Shown: positions 62,557 through 64,000 of the stretch, in pieces
Layout: the number at the start of each line of letters is the position of its first letter
Position numbering within the stretch: position 1 is the first letter of the stretch
From: Lama guanicoe
Lineage: Eukaryota
Length of the DNA: 64,000 bases
Reading direction: 5' to 3'
Assembly: GCA_013239625.1 (NCBI GenBank)
Contig: MU055574.1
Coordinates: 26,569,373 to 26,633,372, forward strand
The notes under the pieces: model-generated
Database searches by the model: none
The model's input: the letters and a program-made list of their open reading frames with translations, nothing else
Told to the model about the DNA's origin: nothing
Program-made: the position numbers and the translations under genes

Positions 62557-62899
62557 CACAGAACAGGTATGTCATCCTGCTGGGCATTCATGAAACAGGC
62601 CCTCGATAAACGTCCAATGAGTGAATGGCCCCAGCAGTGATGCCATCCACATTTCCATGAAGGGGGAGGAAGAGGGTGGAGAAGAAGATGTCAGCTCTCT
62701 AGTCATCGACTGGCGAGGAGACACCCCACACCACAGAAGGCACACGCACAGTTACCAAGAACCCGGACGGCAAAGGAGCTAAACTGACAGCCAAGGAATG
62801 ACGACGGCTTGGCGGTGATGCTGACGATTCGTCTAAACGCGGCTCCAAGTCTCAGATGGCCAAAGTGGTGACAACAGTTTTGATAATACATTCAGGACG

Positions 62900-63950
62900 T
62901 ATGCAATTCAAACACAAATTTAAAAAGTGAATAGCTCTTCATATACAACAGAGGTGCTTTTCATATAAAAAATGTCATTATATTTCACTTGGAAGAGTTA
63001 GGAAGGGGTTACTCAAGAAATTATGCCACTTATACAAACATAAAATTTAAATATTTTTAATGCCATTCTTCAAAATAAAATCCAGACCAAGACCAAAAGG
63101 AAAGTCTTTTAAGAAGTGGACACAGATGTGGTAGGAAAATCATCTTAAATCAAGGTGTGTAAGAATGTCCCCAAAACAAACTCAAGAAATAGTAAGAGGA
63201 AAATGATCAATTTAATTTTATGAACAAAAAAGTTACATATTTAAATTTCATGGAACAAATTAAGTTTGCTATCAAACAACTGGAAATAATTTTAATAATA
63301 CTTCAATAAATAGCATATAACAGCCAATAAATTGCATTAAAAGTTGAAAAGTGACATAAATAAATATTCAAAGAAAAGGACATGAGCAACTTAAAATAGC
63401 TAAAAAATGCAAAACTCGTATAAAAATGTGCAGAACAATGTAACCTGATGCTGTCTTTGTCAATGAGGTTAGCAAATAATTTGAGAAGGTGTGTTCCTCA
63501 CAGCAGGGCTGTGTGCATGGGGAAACAGGGACTTCTCCATTTTTCTAGTGGAAAACTAACATACTCTTTCTGGAAAATAATTTAGCAATATGTATTTGTT
63601 TTTATTAAAATCGTCATATTTTTGACCTAATACTTCCACTTCTAGGACACTATCCAAATGAAGTACTAGTAAGTGAGAAAAATATGCGTACGCGTTAGGA
63701 TGTGTATTACAATGTTATTTATTACAGAACTATTAAAGAATAAAAATGTCTAACTTAGCAGAATAACATGTAGGTTATACCATACCCGTGTTGTGGAGGA
63801 GCGTAAACCTTAAAGCTGATGTCGACAAAGAAATGCTAAATCCTGCAGGAGCTCCCGTGTGAGCACGACATTCAGGGAAGGGCCTGCCGACCGTGCGTGC
63901 GGCACAGCCTTGCTCCTCACGCCCAGCTGGAGAAAGGAGATTCACCAACG
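62900..63950 (+). mobile_element. Ancient L1ME-like 3' fragment
   Basis: A-rich, with ctttctggaaaataatttagcaatatgtatt...tttgacctaatacttccacttctagga...aatgttatttattacag. Confidence 0.7.
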
Positions 63951-64000
63951 TTAAGAGGAGTCATGTCAGAGTAGCGGAATTGACAAGCAGTATTTACTTT

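Noticed and set aside
1-64000. Prokaryotic systems (CRISPR arrays, operons), tRNA and rRNA genes
   Set aside because: The sequence is mammalian (L1, L2, MIR, MaLR). I saw no repeat-spacer array and no recognisable structural RNA gene.

Overview
This is GC-rich mammalian genomic DNA, most likely camelid judging by the 3' end of the young L1 at 33.3-34.0 kb and the absence of ruminant or pig SINEs. It comes from a gapped assembly with three N runs. I find no intact protein-coding gene; the long ORFs in the supplied track are mostly GC-rich shadow ORFs. Reading splice-bounded segments by eye instead suggests three heavily decayed multi-exon genes. (i) A minus-strand gene of about 37 kb (c. 59.6 kb to 22.4 kb) has a long N-terminal region and about 20 exon remnants carrying TPR-like motifs, in the order I recall for TTC6 (a TTC6-like paralog). 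(ii) A plus-strand gene runs from the CpG island at 4.4-5.6 kb to about 22.5 kb and carries RGS22/RGSL1-like N-terminal and RGS-box-like motifs; it lies tail-to-tail with (i). (iii) An unidentified minus-strand gene with a 1.6-kb exon leaves the same CpG island leftwards. All three carry in-frame stops, frameshifts or broken splice sites. The family calls rest on motif similarity to sequences recalled from memory and need tblastn/HMM confirmation. The rest of the window is L1, L2, MIR, MaLR and MER5 fragments, five solo ERV1-type LTRs between 47 and 62.6 kb, a 24-bp minisatellite and microsatellites.
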